From Candidatus Hadarchaeota archaeon (lineage in GTDB: Archaea; CAYQAE01; CAYVLA01), in NCBI GenBank assembly GCA_964452145.1, contig CAYVLA010000042.1, positions 114 through 26,790 of the forward strand: a DNA stretch of 26,677 nt, written 5' to 3'. The notes under the pieces are model-generated. The model worked only from the letters and a program-made list of their open reading frames with translations, did not search any database and was not told where the DNA came from. Position numbers and translations under genes: made by a program. Each line of letters opens with the position of its first letter. Position 1 is the first letter of the stretch. Of the stretch, positions 25,499 to 26,677 are shown one piece after another.

Positions 25499-26677
25499 AT
25501 GGAGTCAGACGGAGAAAAGGATAACAACCCATCCCGGAGTGGTGGATTCGACGTAAAGCTGATCTATCTGGCCCTAGCATCCTGCCTTCTCCCGGCGATT
25601 TGTCTGGCGGAGGAAAGACCCCAGAGGATCAAAGTCCTAGCAACCGGGATCGATGTCGGCATGCCGGTGCTTTCAGGTTGGTTCACCTCGGAGCCGTCAA
25701 CCGACCCTGTCGTGATCCCGACCCGGGTTTGGTCGGCTTTGTCAGGGGCCCAGATCCAGCGCTTCATGCGGATCTACTTCCCCAGAAGCTACAGCGCTCT
25801 GCTGGAGTACGAATTCTTCTTCCTGGAACAGATCGACTTGGCCTACTTTACCGGAGAGCACCAGAGATGGATCTACGATGCCTTGACCCATCACCAGAGG
25901 GGTGGGGTGAATACCAGGAGCGTCATGAGCGGCATCCCGGACTTCTATCTGAGGTGGAGGGACAGCATCATTTCGGACGCCTTCCCCAACGATGTGCACG
26001 CCCTGACCGCAAATCCCATGGTCCTTGGCGGCCGACCGGGGCCGCTTGTCATCAGGGACGATGAGGATCTGCCCAACATAATGAAGCCCTATCGGGACAT
26101 GATCCCCATCCCGTTTCTGGGCGGGGTCAGCTCCGGGGTTAACACCATGCCCAGACCCGGTTCGGTCGTCCTCTCCTACACCCTGACTGATGCGGGCTTC
26201 GGGCATCCCGTGCCCGGGCGGATCCCCCACGTCTTCTACTGGAGGTGGAACGGATCCGTCACCTTCACCTTCAGGGACGCGGTCTACTACCCAGAGTTCT
26301 GGAGCAACTTGGACAACAGGTTCTCCCTGGATATCGTCGTGAATATGGTATGGTTTAGCATCGGAAGGGAGCTGCCGGCCGACCCACTGAGGATGCATGA
26401 CTACCGACAGCTTCTGGTCAACTTCGATTCCATGAGGCTGCTTCTGACGAGCCTCCTTGAATTTGCGGAGAGATTCGGGGCGAACCCGGTGAAGCTGTTT
26501 GAGAGGCTTGGAAACGTGCATGAAGGGAGAAGAAGAAGCGAAGGGTTTTACCTGGACGGGGATGTCGATAGAGCCCACGATGCCATAAGGGCTTCGATCG
26601 AGGAGCTCTCGGAGTTGTACGCAGATGCGGTGAAGTTGAAGGACGAGGCCTTGTTCTGGGCGTACGCGATTCAATGG
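25499..26677 (+). CDS. Secreted/membrane-anchored hypothetical protein, partial (runs off the window end)
   Basis: My translation gives ATG 25499 after GGAGG and 393 open codons to the end: MESDGEKDNNPSRSGGFDVKLIYLALASCLLPAICLA-EERPQRIKVL...RFMRIYFPRSY...DAVKLKDEALFWAYAIQW. It is missing from the ORF track because it has no stop in the window. Confidence 0.85.
   Translation, partial: MESDGEKDNNPSRSGGFDVKLIYLALASCLLPAICLAEERPQRIKVLATGIDVGMPVLSGWFTSEPSTDPVVIPTRVWSALSGAQIQRFMRIYFPRSYSALLEYEFFFLEQIDLAYFTGEHQRWIYDALTHHQRGGVNTRSVMSGIPDFYLRWRDSIISDAFPNDVHALTANPMVLGGRPGPLVIRDDEDLPNIMKPYRDMIPIPFLGGVSSGVNTMPRPGSVVLSYTLTDAGFGHPVPGRIPHVFYWRWNGSVTFTFRDAVYYPEFWSNLDNRFSLDIVVNMVWFSIGRELPADPLRMHDYRQLLVNFDSMRLLLTSLLEFAERFGANPVKLFERLGNVHEGRRRSEGFYLDGDVDRAHDAIRASIEELSELYADAVKLKDEALFWAYAIQW

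Noticed and set aside
25742..26674. 310-aa minus-strand ORF
   Set aside because: It is the antisense shadow of the + strand gene at 25499, which has an SD, a signal peptide and more protein-like composition.

Overview
This GC-rich window is almost certainly archaeal. It carries a tRNA-Gly(TCC) with a bulge-helix-bulge intron, TATA/BRE-type promoters and several archaeal-type conserved genes; the lineage cannot be assigned from sequence alone. It is a mosaic of mostly single genes. Carbohydrate-active enzymes take up more than a third of it: a GH106-like rhamnosidase, an Asp-box/BNR sialidase-like propeller, a GH2, a GH36 and a secreted (alpha/alpha)6 glycosidase with a discoidin domain, an inserted beta-sandwich and a C-terminal sorting-like tail. 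Other genes encode a URO-D-family protein, CPBP protease, amidohydrolase, DUF72, GT-C-like membrane protein, YbhB/PEBP, COG1751 protein, DUF2284, PflA-like radical SAM enzyme, MBL-rhodanese fusion and an HExxH protein. A secreted protein of unknown family runs off the right end and is absent from the ORF track. Several spacers hold what look like decayed genes. I found no transposase, integrase, CRISPR array or rRNA. All family assignments come from motif recognition, not database searches.
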